Part shown: positions 29,425-40,195 of the stretch, one piece after another | How the letters are laid out: each line of letters starts with the position of its first letter | How positions within the stretch are numbered: the first letter of the stretch is position 1 | Assembly (NCBI GenBank): GCA_002701645.1 | Contig: NZWP01000012.1 | Location: forward strand, 45,580-109,579 | DNA: 64,000 nt | Reading direction: 5' to 3' | Source: Fidelibacterota bacterium | Lineage (GTDB): Bacteria > Fidelibacterota > Marinisomatia > Marinisomatales > Marinisomataceae | The notes under the pieces: generated by a model | Database searches by the model: none | What the model was told of the DNA's origin: nothing | Seen by the model: only the letters and a program-made list of their open reading frames with translations | Made by a program: the position numbers and the translations under genes

Positions 29425-30412
29425 AGGTGCACTAGATCGGTTGAATGTAAAAATTGCAAAGAAGTCAACATTTGTTAAAGATCTCAAAGAGGGTATTGGA
29501 AAAGTTATTGTTGGTCAAGATGAACTTATAGATAAGATTTTAATATCTGTGATATCTAATGGGCATATCTTATTAGAGGGAGTCCCGGGTTTAGCTAAAA
29601 CCTTAACTATTAATACTGTAGCTAATTTGATTAATGCTGAATTTAAAAGAATTCAATTTACTCCAGATATGTTACCAGCTGATTTGCTTGGAACTTTAAT
29701 ATATAATCAGAAAACTGGTGATTTTATGACAAAAAAAGGACCTATTTTTTCTAATATTATTCTAGCAGACGAAATTAATAGAGCCCCCTCTAAAGTTCAA
29801 AGCGCTTTGCTTGAAGCAATGCAAGAAAGACAAATTACTATTGGTGAAAACACTTTTAAACTTGATTTACCTTTTCTTGTTTTAGCAACACAGAATCCTA
29901 TTGAACAAGAAGGAACATATCCGCTACCTGAAGCGCAAGTAGACCGCTTTATGTTAAAAGTTCTTGTTGATTATCCATCAATGGAAGAAGAGAAGAAGAT
30001 TTTATCTAGAGTAGCTAAAACTAACATAGATACAAAGCAGAAATCTGTAGTCAATTCTAAAACAATTTTAGAAGCTCAAGCCCTTCTTAATGATATTTAT
30101 ATTGCGCCTAAGATCTTAGACTATATATTGAATATTGTATTTGCGACAAGGAATCCTGAGCAATTTAAATTGGGACAATTAAAAGATTTAATTAGTTTTG
30201 GAGCTTCTCCTAGAGCATCTATTAATTTAGTATTAGCAGCTAAGGCAAAAGCGTTTATCGATGGAAGAGGATATGTTATTCCAGAAGATATAAGATATAT
30301 AGGAAAAGACGTTTTAAGACACAGAATGTTATTATCTTACGAAGCAGAAGCAGAAGAAATCACATCAGAAGAATTGATTGATCAACTATTCAAAGAAATC
30401 CCTGTTCCATAA
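29414..30412 (+). CDS. MoxR-family AAA+ ATPase
   Basis: Carries LLEGVPGLAKT (Walker A), ILADEINRA (Walker B), QSALLEAMQE and ATQNPIEQEGTYPLPEAQ.DRF. Confidence 0.9.
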   Translation: MMNKGALDRLNVKIAKKSTFVKDLKEGIGKVIVGQDELIDKILISVISNGHILLEGVPGLAKTLTINTVANLINAEFKRIQFTPDMLPADLLGTLIYNQKTGDFMTKKGPIFSNIILADEINRAPSKVQSALLEAMQERQITIGENTFKLDLPFLVLATQNPIEQEGTYPLPEAQVDRFMLKVLVDYPSMEEEKKILSRVAKTNIDTKQKSVVNSKTILEAQALLNDIYIAPKILDYILNIVFATRNPEQFKLGQLKDLISFGASPRASINLVLAAKAKAFIDGRGYVIPEDIRYIGKDVLRHRMLLSYEAEAEEITSEELIDQLFKEIPVP

Positions 30413-30421
30413 TTTTAGCTT

Positions 30422-31300
30422 ATGTCTAAAGATATACTAAAAAAAGTTCGACAAATAGAAATCAGAACCAAAAATATTGTAAATGATTTTTTTGGTGGAG
30501 ATTATCATTCCAATTTTAAAGGTCGCGGAATGACTTTTTCTGAAGTAAGAGAATATCAACATGGGGATGATATTAGGTTTATTGATTGGAATGTCACGGC
30601 AAGAACAGGAAAGCCTCATATTAAGATATTTGAAGAAGAAAGAGAACTTACAGTCTTACTTCTTATTGATGTTAGTAGTTCAGGCGTCTTTGGATCTAAA
30701 AGTAAGTTAAAAATTGATTTAGGGATTGAAATTGCAGCAATGCTAGGATTTTCTGCTATTAAAAATAACGATAAAGTTGGATTAATTCTATTTAGTGATG
30801 ATATAGTAAAGTATATACCTCCAAAGAAGGGTAAATCTCATGTATTGCGCTTAATAACTGACCTAGTAAATCATAACTATGATAAAAAACAAAGTCAGAC
30901 ATCAATTAAAAAGGCTCTTGAATTTGCAAGTAAAATTTCTAAAAGAAAAAATGTAATGTTTCTAATATCAGATTTTATGGATAAAAACTTTTGGACAGAA
31001 ATGAAGTATTTGAATTTTAATCATGATGTAATAGGTGTCCAAATATATGATATGTTTGAAAAAGAATTTCCAGACTTAGGACTAATTCAAGTACATAACT
31101 CTGAGTCAAATGAGAGACTATGGATTGACACATCTAATGAAAAAATAAGATCTGATTTCTCAAAAGATTTTTCTGAACGATTAAATGATTTTGCACAAAA
31201 ATGCAAGAATATCGGGTTTGATTTAATACAGATAGGAACTAATGAAGATTATATTAAAGCACTTACTCGTTTTTTCAAAAGAAGAGCTAAACGTACTTAA
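30422..31300 (+). CDS. DUF58 (vWA-like) protein, MoxR partner
   Basis: The blocks G.Y.S.FKGRGM.F.EVREYQ.GDD.R.IDW..TAR and LLIDVSSS are typical of DUF58. Position is immediately after moxR. Confidence 0.8.
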   Translation: MSKDILKKVRQIEIRTKNIVNDFFGGDYHSNFKGRGMTFSEVREYQHGDDIRFIDWNVTARTGKPHIKIFEEERELTVLLLIDVSSSGVFGSKSKLKIDLGIEIAAMLGFSAIKNNDKVGLILFSDDIVKYIPPKKGKSHVLRLITDLVNHNYDKKQSQTSIKKALEFASKISKRKNVMFLISDFMDKNFWTEMKYLNFNHDVIGVQIYDMFEKEFPDLGLIQVHNSESNERLWIDTSNEKIRSDFSKDFSERLNDFAQKCKNIGFDLIQIGTNEDYIKALTRFFKRRAKRT

Positions 31301-31303
31301 TCC

Positions 31304-32173
31304 ATGATTAGAATCATTATATTTTTATCATTTTTTATATTCAGCTGTACAAACAATCCGAATGAAACCAATTTAAGTTATAAGATAGATCTTGAGAAAA
31401 CAGAGATTGGTTATCCTGTAAATCTTAATATCAGTTTAAATAATCTTGATGAATATTATTCTATTGAAGAGATGGCATGGTCTGATTCTTCGTTGTGGGT
31501 ATCTGATTCTTCGAAAGTATTAATTAAAAGTTCGAATATAGATACTTTGGACCAGTCTTTATTTGTTAATTTTGAGATAACTTTTTGGGATACAGGTAAG
31601 ACGGTCATACCACCATATTTTTTTAGTATTAATTTTCCAGATTCAATTGATGTTACAATATTTAGTACGGATTCTATAGATATAAAAATAGAATCTGTAA
31701 TTGATAGTACTATATCTAATATTCAAAAAGATAAGCCCATAAAAGATATTAAATTTCCTTATGATGTTTATAGATTAGCTTTAATATCAATTATATTATT
31801 CCTACTCCTTTTTATATTATATCTATGGAGAAAAAGAGATAAAGATAATCCTTTCAGTGCAATTCAGTTTTTTAATAAAAATCCAAAAAAAGATTCAGTT
31901 AGAAAATTAAATAAATTGAAGTTTGAAGATGTATCTTCTGATATATTCTATAATGAGCTATCTATAATTCTAAAGAAGTATCTTGAAAATCAATATTATA
32001 TCATTTCATTTGAAATGACCTCTCAAGAATTAAGAAATTTTTTTGATGATAAAGATTTAATCTATCTATTAGAAAAAATTGACTCTGTAAAATTTGCCAA
32101 CAAAGAGTACAGTAATTCTGAAAAAAAATATGATTTAGAATTAGCAAAAAAAATTGTAAGAAAACTGTTATAA
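31304..32173 (+). CDS. Hypothetical lipoprotein with an internal TM (BatD/DUF4381-like position)
   Basis: Signal peptide with a lipobox-like IFSC. A TM (LALISIILFLLLFILYLW) is followed by RKRDK. Assigned by operon context only. Confidence 0.4.
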   Translation: MIRIIIFLSFFIFSCTNNPNETNLSYKIDLEKTEIGYPVNLNISLNNLDEYYSIEEMAWSDSSLWVSDSSKVLIKSSNIDTLDQSLFVNFEITFWDTGKTVIPPYFFSINFPDSIDVTIFSTDSIDIKIESVIDSTISNIQKDKPIKDIKFPYDVYRLALISIILFLLLFILYLWRKRDKDNPFSAIQFFNKNPKKDSVRKLNKLKFEDVSSDIFYNELSIILKKYLENQYYIISFEMTSQELRNFFDDKDLIYLLEKIDSVKFANKEYSNSEKKYDLELAKKIVRKLL

Positions 32174-32200
32174 AGAAATTAAATAAATTAAGTTCTTATC

Positions 32201-32764
32201 ATGAGCACAACAGCAGATATAAGAAATGGATCTATATTAAACTTTAAAAATTCAAGAATGAAAGTTGTAGAGTTCCAACACGTAAAGCCAGGAAAAGGGC
32301 CAGCGTTTGTTAGAACAAAATTAAAAAATATTCAGTCAGGAAAAGTAATTGATCAAACTTTTAATGCAGGAGTTAAAGTAGAATTTATTAGAGTTACTTC
32401 GAGTCAATTTCAGTATTTATATAAAGATTCTAATAATTATATCTTTATGGATAATCAGACTTTTAATCAGGTCGAAGTTTCTGAATTATTAATGCAGAAT
32501 GGGCATCAATATATTAAAGAAGGAGACAACGTAGACCTTGTTTTTGATGGTGACGATATTATCAATATTAAGCTTCCTGCAAAAGTAACTCTTAATGTTC
32601 TACAAACAGATCCTGGACATAGAGGAAATACGGCTACAAATGCAACAAAGCCCGCTAAAATGGAGACAGGGCTTGAGCTCCAAGTTCCTTTATTTATTAA
32701 TGAAGGAGACTTATTAAAAATTGATACAAAATCTGGTACTTATTCTGAAAGAGTAAAACAATAA
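32201..32764 (+). CDS. efp: Elongation factor P
   Basis: Loop [16 protein letters not shown] and a three-domain length of 187 aa. Confidence 0.95.
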   Translation: MSTTADIRNGSILNFKNSRMKVVEFQHVKPGKGPAFVRTKLKNIQSGKVIDQTFNAGVKVEFIRVTSSQFQYLYKDSNNYIFMDNQTFNQVEVSELLMQNGHQYIKEGDNVDLVFDGDDIINIKLPAKVTLNVLQTDPGHRGNTATNATKPAKMETGLELQVPLFINEGDLLKIDTKSGTYSERVKQ

Positions 32765-32768
32765 TTTT

Positions 32769-33236
32769 ATGTGGAAAGATAGATTAAAAGAAGTCATATA
32801 TATACTAGAAAATAGTGATATTAATGAGATAGAAGTCAGATTTTGGTTTAGGAAAATAAAAGTTACTAAAAACCCGCCAATTATTAATTCTGATTTTAGT
32901 AATGTAGCACCAGATGTAATTACTTTAACCCCAGATAAACCTAGCGTATCTGTTGAAAAAGAAGAGAATAATACTCCAAAAATAGATGCAAATACATTCA
33001 CTGTACGTTCACCTATGCCTGGAACATTTTATTCCTCTCCAGATCCAGATTCTAAATCATTTGTTGAAATTAATGGTTCAGTAAATGAGGGAGATACTAT
33101 TTGCATTGTAGAAGCAATGAAAATTATGAATGAAATTCAATGTGAGAGAAATGGAACTATTAAAGAGATTCTTGTTGAGGATGGTAGTCCAGTTGAATTT
33201 GATCAACCCTTGTTTATCTTAAATTATTCTGAATAA
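32769..33236 (+). CDS. accB: Acetyl-CoA carboxylase biotin carboxyl carrier protein
   Basis: Biotinyl-lysine motif [12 protein letters not shown]. Position upstream of accC. Confidence 0.9.
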   Translation: MWKDRLKEVIYILENSDINEIEVRFWFRKIKVTKNPPIINSDFSNVAPDVITLTPDKPSVSVEKEENNTPKIDANTFTVRSPMPGTFYSSPDPDSKSFVEINGSVNEGDTICIVEAMKIMNEIQCERNGTIKEILVEDGSPVEFDQPLFILNYSE

Positions 33237-33239
33237 AAT

Positions 33240-34598
33240 ATGTTCAAAAAAATACTGATTGCAAATAGAGGCGAGATTGCTATAAGAGTAATCCGTGCAT
33301 GTAAAGAAATGGGTATTAAAACTGTGGCGGTTTATTCTAAAGCAGATCAATTCTCTTTACATGTAAAATTTGCAGATGAAGCAATATGTATTGGCGAAGG
33401 TCCTCCATTAGAGAGTTATTTAAATATCCCTAGAATTATTGCTGCTGCTGAAATTTCTAATACAGATGCAATTCACCCTGGTTATGGATTTTTAGCAGAA
33501 AATGCTCAATTCAGTACAATCTGTGAAGAAAATGGATTTTGTTTTATTGGGCCAGATTCTGAAACTATTGATTTGATGGGGGACAAAGTTAATGCAAGGA
33601 AAGTTGCAGAAGATTCAGAAGTCCCTATTATTCTAGGAAGTAGCGTTTTGAGTTCTGTAGATGAATTACTTGAAATTTCGAATAATATTGGATACCCAGT
33701 TATGCTAAAAGCTGCTGGCGGCGGCGGCGGAAAAGGGATGCGAGTATTAAATAATGCTTCAGAAGCAGAAAAAGGATTTAGTATTATACAATCTGAAGCA
33801 AGTAAGGCTTTTAATAATCCTGAAATATATGTAGAAAAATTTATTAAGAATGGCCGCCATATTGAAGTTCAGATCTTAGGAGATAAGTTTGGTAATCATG
33901 TTCATTTAGGTGAGCGCGAATGTTCGATTCAAAGAAATCATCAGAAATTGATTGAAGAATGCCCATCTGGTTTTGTTGATGAAGAGTTAAGGGAGGCTTT
34001 AACGTCAAAATCTATACGTTTAGCTAAAAAAGTAAATTATGTTGGAGTTGGAACTGTTGAATTCTTAGTAGACGAAGATAAGAATTTTTATTTTATTGAA
34101 ATGAATACAAGAATTCAAGTAGAGCATACCGTAACAGAAATGGTATATATGATAGATCTAGTAAAAGAGCAAATTAAGATGCATGATGGCAAAGAAATGT
34201 CTTTTACGCAAGAAATGATTAAAAGCAAAGGACATTCCATTGAATGTCGATTAAATGCAGAAGATCCTTTTAATAATTTTATTCCTTCACCTAAAAAAAT
34301 CGATTCTCTTAATTTTCCAGGAGGAATTGGCGTACGAATTGATTCCTATATTTATGCAGGATACGAAATACCTCCATTTTATGATTCTTTGCTTGGAAAG
34401 TTAATTGTTCATTCTACCACAAGAGAAAAAGCTATTATTAAGATGCAAAGAGCATTACAAGAGACTTTTATTGAAGGACCAAATACAACACTACCATTAT
34501 TGGAAATAATTTTATCAAATAAGGACTTTCTTAATGGAAATTTTGACATAAATTTTTTAAGTAATTTTCTAAAAAAAAATGAAAGGGGAGAAGATTGA
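33240..34598 (+). CDS. accC: Acetyl-CoA carboxylase biotin carboxylase subunit
   Basis: Carries KILIANRGEIA, the ATP-grasp Gly loop KAAGGGGGKGMR, and EMNTRIQVEH. Confidence 0.95.
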   Translation: MFKKILIANRGEIAIRVIRACKEMGIKTVAVYSKADQFSLHVKFADEAICIGEGPPLESYLNIPRIIAAAEISNTDAIHPGYGFLAENAQFSTICEENGFCFIGPDSETIDLMGDKVNARKVAEDSEVPIILGSSVLSSVDELLEISNNIGYPVMLKAAGGGGGKGMRVLNNASEAEKGFSIIQSEASKAFNNPEIYVEKFIKNGRHIEVQILGDKFGNHVHLGERECSIQRNHQKLIEECPSGFVDEELREALTSKSIRLAKKVNYVGVGTVEFLVDEDKNFYFIEMNTRIQVEHTVTEMVYMIDLVKEQIKMHDGKEMSFTQEMIKSKGHSIECRLNAEDPFNNFIPSPKKIDSLNFPGGIGVRIDSYIYAGYEIPPFYDSLLGKLIVHSTTREKAIIKMQRALQETFIEGPNTTLPLLEIILSNKDFLNGNFDINFLSNFLKKNERGED

Positions 34599-34972
34599 AT
34601 CATCCAGAGAACTTGATGTATACATCTGAGCACGAATGGGTCGAAATAAGTGGCAATATCGCTACTATAGGAATTACAGATTTTGCGCAAAGCGAATTAG
34701 GAGATATTATTTTTTTAGAGTTTCCTGCTATAGATGAAAATTTTAGCAACGGAGATATTTTTGGTACAATTGAAGCTGTAAAAACTGTTTCAGATATGTA
34801 TATGCCATTAACAGGAAAAGTTATTGAAGTGAATGAAGATTTGAATGATACTCCAGAACAAGTAAACGAAGATCCTTATAAAAATGGTTGGATGGTTAAG
34901 ATTAAACTAGAAGATGGTGCTGATCAATCTCAATTACTTGATGCAAAATCTTATATTGAATTAATTGGATAA
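34595..34972 (+). CDS. gcvH: Glycine cleavage system H protein (lipoyl carrier)
   Basis: YTSEHEWV N-terminus and the lipoyl-lysine context IEAVKTVSD. The TTG start overlaps the accC stop. An alternative ATG lies at 34616. Confidence 0.88.
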   Translation: MNHPENLMYTSEHEWVEISGNIATIGITDFAQSELGDIIFLEFPAIDENFSNGDIFGTIEAVKTVSDMYMPLTGKVIEVNEDLNDTPEQVNEDPYKNGWMVKIKLEDGADQSQLLDAKSYIELIG

Positions 34973-34974
34973 AG

Positions 34975-35883
34975 ATGTTAATTAATTTAGATGATTTCTC
35001 TAGAATGTTAAAAATCGAAAGAAATTATTCTGATAATACTATTAGTGCATATCTATCTGATTTAAAATCTTTTAATACTTTTTTAGAAAAAAATAAAATT
35101 AACTTCAAGGATGTTATTGCTGATAGCAAGCATACAAAGGCTTTTTTTAGACAGCTTTCAAAGAAAAAATTATCTCCCAGATCAGTGAAGAGAAAATTTT
35201 CTTCTCTTTCTTCATATTTTATATTTTTATTAGATAGAAAAATTATTAAGAACAACCCACTTAATGGAGTTTTTACACCTAAGGTACCGAAAGTTTTGCC
35301 AGAGGTATTAACTATAGATGAAATAAATAAAGTATTTTTTCAATCTGAGAATACTGATAACGAATTATTGGGACTTAGAGATAGATGTATACTTGAGATG
35401 TTATATTCTTCAGGGCTAAGGGTAAGTGAATTGTGTAATCTAAAAATTAATAATATACAATTTGATTTAAATCTTATTCGTTTTTTTGGTAAAGGCAACA
35501 AAGAAAGAATGATTCCACTTACTTATTATGCAAGACGATGGCTAGAGCGATATTTAACCCAATCACGTAGCATTTTGTCTGAACGATCAACAAAAGGATC
35601 TAATTTTGTGTTCTTAAGTAATAATGGATTACCATTAACTCGAGCTGCCGTTTGGCAGTCTGTAAAAAAGTATATTGATAAAGCTGGTATTCCTAAAAAA
35701 ATATCTCCACATACTTTTAGACATTCATTCGCGACACACTTAATTGATGGAGGGGCAAATTTAGTAGAAGTACAAGCACTTCTTGGTCATGCTGATATAT
35801 CAACTACAGAAATTTATACTCACTTATCACGAGAATTTATTGAAAGTGAGTATATGAAAGCTTTTGAAAAGGATAAGAATTAA
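34975..35883 (+). CDS. xerD: Tyrosine site-specific recombinase XerD/XerC-type
   Basis: Catalytic blocks GLRVSEL, HTFRHSFATHL and LLGHADISTTEIYTH. Embedded among housekeeping genes with no flanking repeats. Confidence 0.8.
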   Translation: MLINLDDFSRMLKIERNYSDNTISAYLSDLKSFNTFLEKNKINFKDVIADSKHTKAFFRQLSKKKLSPRSVKRKFSSLSSYFIFLLDRKIIKNNPLNGVFTPKVPKVLPEVLTIDEINKVFFQSENTDNELLGLRDRCILEMLYSSGLRVSELCNLKINNIQFDLNLIRFFGKGNKERMIPLTYYARRWLERYLTQSRSILSERSTKGSNFVFLSNNGLPLTRAAVWQSVKKYIDKAGIPKKISPHTFRHSFATHLIDGGANLVEVQALLGHADISTTEIYTHLSREFIESEYMKAFEKDKN

Positions 35884-35895
35884 CTATTTTTTGAT

Positions 35896-36534
35896 ATGGG
35901 AATAGCAAGCGCACCACTAGAGATGCAATTAATAGTAATGCCATGCATTATATTTGCATTAACCTTTCATGAATATGCTCATGCCAGAGTAGCTTATTAT
36001 TTGGGTGATTATACAGCTTATTATCAGGATAGGATGAATTTAAATCCATTTAGTCATTTAGATCCAATTGGAACTTTAGCATTATATTTTCTCGGATTTG
36101 GTTGGGCAAAACCTGTACCTGTGAATATGCGCAATCTATCTAATCCTAGAAAAGATATGATGTTGATTGCAATTGCAGGTCCTGCTTCTAATATTTTGTT
36201 AGCAACGATAGGTTCTCTCTTTTTAAGATTTTCGACTATTGCTCCTTTTAATATTCCAGAGCTATTTAATAGTGCAATGGTATTTTTTATTTTTATAAAC
36301 ATTGTTTTAGCTTTATTTAATCTTATTCCGATTGCTCCTTTAGATGGGTCAAGAATACTACCTTTATTTATTAGAGATCCTCGTATACTATATCAGATTG
36401 AATATTATGGTCCACGTGTACTTATGGGCTTAGTACTGCTATCATTGATTGGCGGATTAAGTATTTTTAGTATTATTATATTTGAGCCAGCAAAGGTGAT
36501 TTTTAATCTATTAACAGGCATAACTTTGGTTTGA
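35896..36534 (+). CDS. Site-2 protease family (M50) zinc metalloprotease
   Basis: HEYAHA (HExxH) lies in a TM helix. The downstream block is NLIPIAPLDGSRIL. Confidence 0.75.
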   Translation: MGIASAPLEMQLIVMPCIIFALTFHEYAHARVAYYLGDYTAYYQDRMNLNPFSHLDPIGTLALYFLGFGWAKPVPVNMRNLSNPRKDMMLIAIAGPASNILLATIGSLFLRFSTIAPFNIPELFNSAMVFFIFINIVLALFNLIPIAPLDGSRILPLFIRDPRILYQIEYYGPRVLMGLVLLSLIGGLSIFSIIIFEPAKVIFNLLTGITLV

Positions 36535-37442
36535 CAAATTTCTTTGCAATAGTTGGTCCTACTGGTATAGGTAAAACAAGTTTATCAATAAAATTAGCTA
36601 AAAAATTAAATAGTGAAATTATTGGTCTAGATTCCAGGCAAATTTATAAAATGATTCCAATTGGAACTGCTCAACCATCCAAAACAGAGTTAAATAGTGT
36701 TAAGCATCACTTAGTTGGGGTGAAAAATCTAAATGAGTCAGTATCAGCTGGCGAATATGTTCAATTAATAGATAAAAAAATCATAACAATTTTAGACAAT
36801 AAAAAAACACCTATTCTCTGTGGAGGTACTGGACTATACTTAAAATCATTAGTAGAGGGTATTTTTGCTGGTAGCAAGACAGATGCGAATATCAGGTCCT
36901 TCCTTGAAGAGGAATATAATAATGGAAAGTCAGATAATCTATATAGGCAGTTGATATCCATCGACCCTGAATATTCTAAAAAAGTTCACCCGAATAATAA
37001 AAAAAGACTGATAAGAGCTCTTGAGATTTATAAAATTACAGGTAAGAATATGACAGAGAATTTTAAGTCTGATAATAAAAAAAGTAATTTTTCTAAAAAT
37101 TTTCATACCGTTTACCTAAAAATGTCAAGAAAAAATCTGGAAAAGAGAATTTACCAAAGAATTTTATCTATGATGGACAGTGGTATGATAGAGGAAGTTC
37201 AATATATTAGAGATAAAAAATATAATATTGACCATATAGATTATATAGGTTTTAATGAAATATCATTATACTTAGATAAAGAGATATCAATAGAAGATAC
37301 TATAGAAAAAATTCATATTCGTACAAGGCAGTATGCAAAAAGACAGATGAAATGGTTTGATAACCAGAGTTTTCATAACATATTTGATATGGATACTATC
37401 GGTGTTGATGATATAGTTGATAAATTAGTTGAAATGAACTAA
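36531..37442 (+). CDS. miaA: tRNA dimethylallyltransferase
   Basis: P-loop GPTGIGKT, then DSRQIY...IGTAQP and GGTGLY. TTG start overlaps the upstream stop. Confidence 0.9.
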   Translation: MTNFFAIVGPTGIGKTSLSIKLAKKLNSEIIGLDSRQIYKMIPIGTAQPSKTELNSVKHHLVGVKNLNESVSAGEYVQLIDKKIITILDNKKTPILCGGTGLYLKSLVEGIFAGSKTDANIRSFLEEEYNNGKSDNLYRQLISIDPEYSKKVHPNNKKRLIRALEIYKITGKNMTENFKSDNKKSNFSKNFHTVYLKMSRKNLEKRIYQRILSMMDSGMIEEVQYIRDKKYNIDHIDYIGFNEISLYLDKEISIEDTIEKIHIRTRQYAKRQMKWFDNQSFHNIFDMDTIGVDDIVDKLVEMN

Positions 37443-37466
37443 GTTTCCGGGAATTAGAGAAAATTT

Positions 37467-38396
37467 ATGCTCAAAAGCAAACATCTTATCGGTTTAGAAA
37501 ATTTTCCAACCTCTGATTTGAATAAAATAATTGATACTTCATTCAAATTTAAAGAAATCCTAGAAAGTCCAGAGAGAAAAGCAATTCTATTGAAAGGAAA
37601 AACGATTGTTAATATGTTTTTTGAAGACTCTACAAGAACAAAAATTAGTTTTACGCTAGCTGAAAAAAGACTTGGGGCAGATAGTATTAATTTTTCTTCA
37701 TCAACGAGCAGTGTGAAAAAAGGAGAAACTTTAAAAGATACTATTCAAAACATTGATGCAATGAAAATAGATGGAGCTGTTATTAGACACGGACATCCTG
37801 GATCAGCATTAAAATTAACTGAATATATAGATGGCTCTGTTATTAATGCAGGAGATGGATCTCATGAACATCCTACACAAGCTATTCTAGATATGGTAAC
37901 ATTAAAGGAAAAATTTGGTAAGATAAAAAATTTAAAAGTAGGTATTATAGGAGATATTCTAAATAGCAGGGTGGCAAGAAGTGATATTTTTGCTCTTCAA
38001 AAATTAGGAGCTGAGATTGTAGTTTGTGGTCCTAGTACATTACTACCAAGTAATGCAAAACAATTAGGAGTAAATATTACGCATAACATTGATGAAGTTT
38101 TAAATTGGTGTGATGTAGTAATTGGACTACGTATTCAGCTTGAAAGAATGCATTTAGGTCGAATCCCATCTAAAAGAGAGTATCATAGCGAGTTTGGCTT
38201 GACTTACGAAAGAGTAAGTAAATTAAAGAAGGATGTAGTTATTATGCATCCAGGTCCTATGAACAGAGGAGTAGAAATTGATAGTAAAGTTGCAGATTCA
38301 GATAATGCAGTCATCCTTGACCAAGTATTGAATGGTGTAGCATCAAGAATGTCTATTCTCTATCTTCTGCTAGGAGATAAATCGGAAAAATTATGA
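37467..38396 (+). CDS. pyrB: Aspartate carbamoyltransferase catalytic subunit
   Basis: Carries STRTK, HEHPTQ and HPGP.NRG.EI. Confidence 0.93.
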   Translation: MLKSKHLIGLENFPTSDLNKIIDTSFKFKEILESPERKAILLKGKTIVNMFFEDSTRTKISFTLAEKRLGADSINFSSSTSSVKKGETLKDTIQNIDAMKIDGAVIRHGHPGSALKLTEYIDGSVINAGDGSHEHPTQAILDMVTLKEKFGKIKNLKVGIIGDILNSRVARSDIFALQKLGAEIVVCGPSTLLPSNAKQLGVNITHNIDEVLNWCDVVIGLRIQLERMHLGRIPSKREYHSEFGLTYERVSKLKKDVVIMHPGPMNRGVEIDSKVADSDNAVILDQVLNGVASRMSILYLLLGDKSEKL

Positions 38397-39688
38397 TAGA
38401 TAATCAAAATACAAAAAAATTATTGTTAAAAGGCGGTAGAATAATTGATCCATTCTCAAAAAAAACATTTATTGGAGATTTATTAGTTCAAAATGGTACA
38501 ATTTCTAGAATTGCAGATTCTATATCATCTAGAGGGAAAGACTATAATGTGGTTGACTGTAAAGGTTTAATTGTTACTCATGGCTTTTGCGATATTCATG
38601 TACATTTTAGAGAACCAGGAAGAGAAGATAAGGAAAATTTAGCATCAGGATCTATAGCTGCAATTGCAGGAGGATTCACGCAAGTTTGTACAATGCCAAA
38701 TACAAATCCAGTTATTGATTCCCCAGAGCATATATATTATATAGCAAGTAAGAGTAAAAATTTACCTATCGATATTTTTCCAATTGGTGCAGTGTCAAAA
38801 AATTTAGAAGGTGAACATCTTACTGAAATGATGTTAATGAAGAAGAATGGTGCGATTGCTTTTACTGATGATGGAATGCCAATACAGAATCCTCAATTTA
38901 TGAGCTTAGCATTAAGATATGCTCAAATGATTGATGTTCCTATTCTAAACCATTCTGAAGATACCTATCTAAGAAATGATGGCGTTATGAATGCAAGTAA
39001 AACATCGAGCAATTTAGGTCTAAAAGGAAATACAAGTTTAGCTGAAGCTATGATGGTTTATAGAGATTTATTATTAGCATCATCTTTAAATGCTAGGTTA
39101 CATGTCCTCCATGTCTCTACAAAAGAAGCTGTTGATTTAATTAAACAATTTAAATCTAAAGACAATCTTATTACTTCTGAGGTTTCTCCTCATCACCTCT
39201 ACTTCTCAGATGAAGATATTGAAGATTTTAATACACAGCTAAAGGTTGGCCCACCAATTAGAGGAAAAGATGATAGAAAGAAGCTTATTGAAGGTATTAA
39301 GAGTGGTATAATTGATTGTATTGCTACAGATCATGCCCCACATAGGTTAGAAGACAAAGAAACCACCTTTAATGATGCAGAATTTGGTATGATTGGCCTA
39401 GAAAGCTGTTTTGGTGCTGTTAATAAAGTCTTAGTAAAGAATAATGGAATGAGCTTAAAATCTTTAATTGAAAAATTGACAGTCAATCCAAGAAAAGTTA
39501 TGAATATTGACAGAGATTTATTTGAAATAGGCAAAAAAGCTCAGATTACTATTCTTGACCCAAATCAAAAATGGACTTTTTCAAATACAGATATTTACTC
39601 TAAATCTTCAAACTCTCCATTCATTGGTCGCGAGTTGATTGGAAAAGTTAAATATGTAGTATCAAAAAGTAAGTTTTATACCTTATAA
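38393..39688 (+). CDS. pyrC: Dihydroorotase
   Basis: Metal ligands DIHVHFREPG and ATDHAPH. ATGA overlap with pyrB. Confidence 0.88.
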   Translation: MIDNQNTKKLLLKGGRIIDPFSKKTFIGDLLVQNGTISRIADSISSRGKDYNVVDCKGLIVTHGFCDIHVHFREPGREDKENLASGSIAAIAGGFTQVCTMPNTNPVIDSPEHIYYIASKSKNLPIDIFPIGAVSKNLEGEHLTEMMLMKKNGAIAFTDDGMPIQNPQFMSLALRYAQMIDVPILNHSEDTYLRNDGVMNASKTSSNLGLKGNTSLAEAMMVYRDLLLASSLNARLHVLHVSTKEAVDLIKQFKSKDNLITSEVSPHHLYFSDEDIEDFNTQLKVGPPIRGKDDRKKLIEGIKSGIIDCIATDHAPHRLEDKETTFNDAEFGMIGLESCFGAVNKVLVKNNGMSLKSLIEKLTVNPRKVMNIDRDLFEIGKKAQITILDPNQKWTFSNTDIYSKSSNSPFIGRELIGKVKYVVSKSKFYTL

Positions 39689-39757
39689 ATTTACTATCAT
39701 TAATCATTGACTAATGGAATCACATCAATTAAGTTTTGGAGCATTTTTGAGACTTTA

Positions 39758-40195
39758 ATGAAAAAGATAACAAATACAGTATCAGCTAAAGATATAAAGC
39801 AACAATGGTGGTTGCTAGATGCCGACAATCAGGTATTGGGGCGTTTTGCATCTCAAGTTGCTCAAATTTTAAGAGGAAAACATAGACCTAATTATGCTCC
39901 TAATTTATATATGGGAGATGCTGTTATTATAGTAAATGCAGATAAAATAAGAGTAACTGGCAATAAAGCTGACTCAAAAAAGTATTTTAGTCATTCTGGT
40001 TATCCAGGAGGAGTTAAGTTCACTAATTATAAAGATTTAATGAAAAATGATTCAGATAAGGTAGTTGTAAATGCTATAAAAGGAATGTTACCAAAGAATA
40101 GGTTAGGTAGAGAAATTTTGACACATCTTAGAGTTTATAAAGATTCTAATCATGAAAATGAAGCACAACAACCGACTGAATGGAGTTCTATTTAA
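39758..40195 (+). CDS. rplM: 50S ribosomal protein L13
   Basis: From the ATG at 39758 it reads MKKITNTVSAKDIKQQWWLLDA, which matches the usual L13 N-terminus. The ORF-track TTG at 39707 adds 17 atypical residues. Confidence 0.93.
   Translation: MKKITNTVSAKDIKQQWWLLDADNQVLGRFASQVAQILRGKHRPNYAPNLYMGDAVIIVNADKIRVTGNKADSKKYFSHSGYPGGVKFTNYKDLMKNDSDKVVVNAIKGMLPKNRLGREILTHLRVYKDSNHENEAQQPTEWSSI

Noticed and set aside
33716-33732. (GGC)n triplet run in accC
   Set aside because: It encodes the conserved ATP-grasp glycine loop AAGGGGGKG, so it reflects a functional constraint and not a free repeat.
34975-35883. Tyrosine recombinase as a marker of an integrated mobile element
   Set aside because: The motifs and size fit housekeeping XerC/XerD. 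The flanks are gcvH and an M50 protease, with no tRNA, direct repeats, phage genes or transposase.
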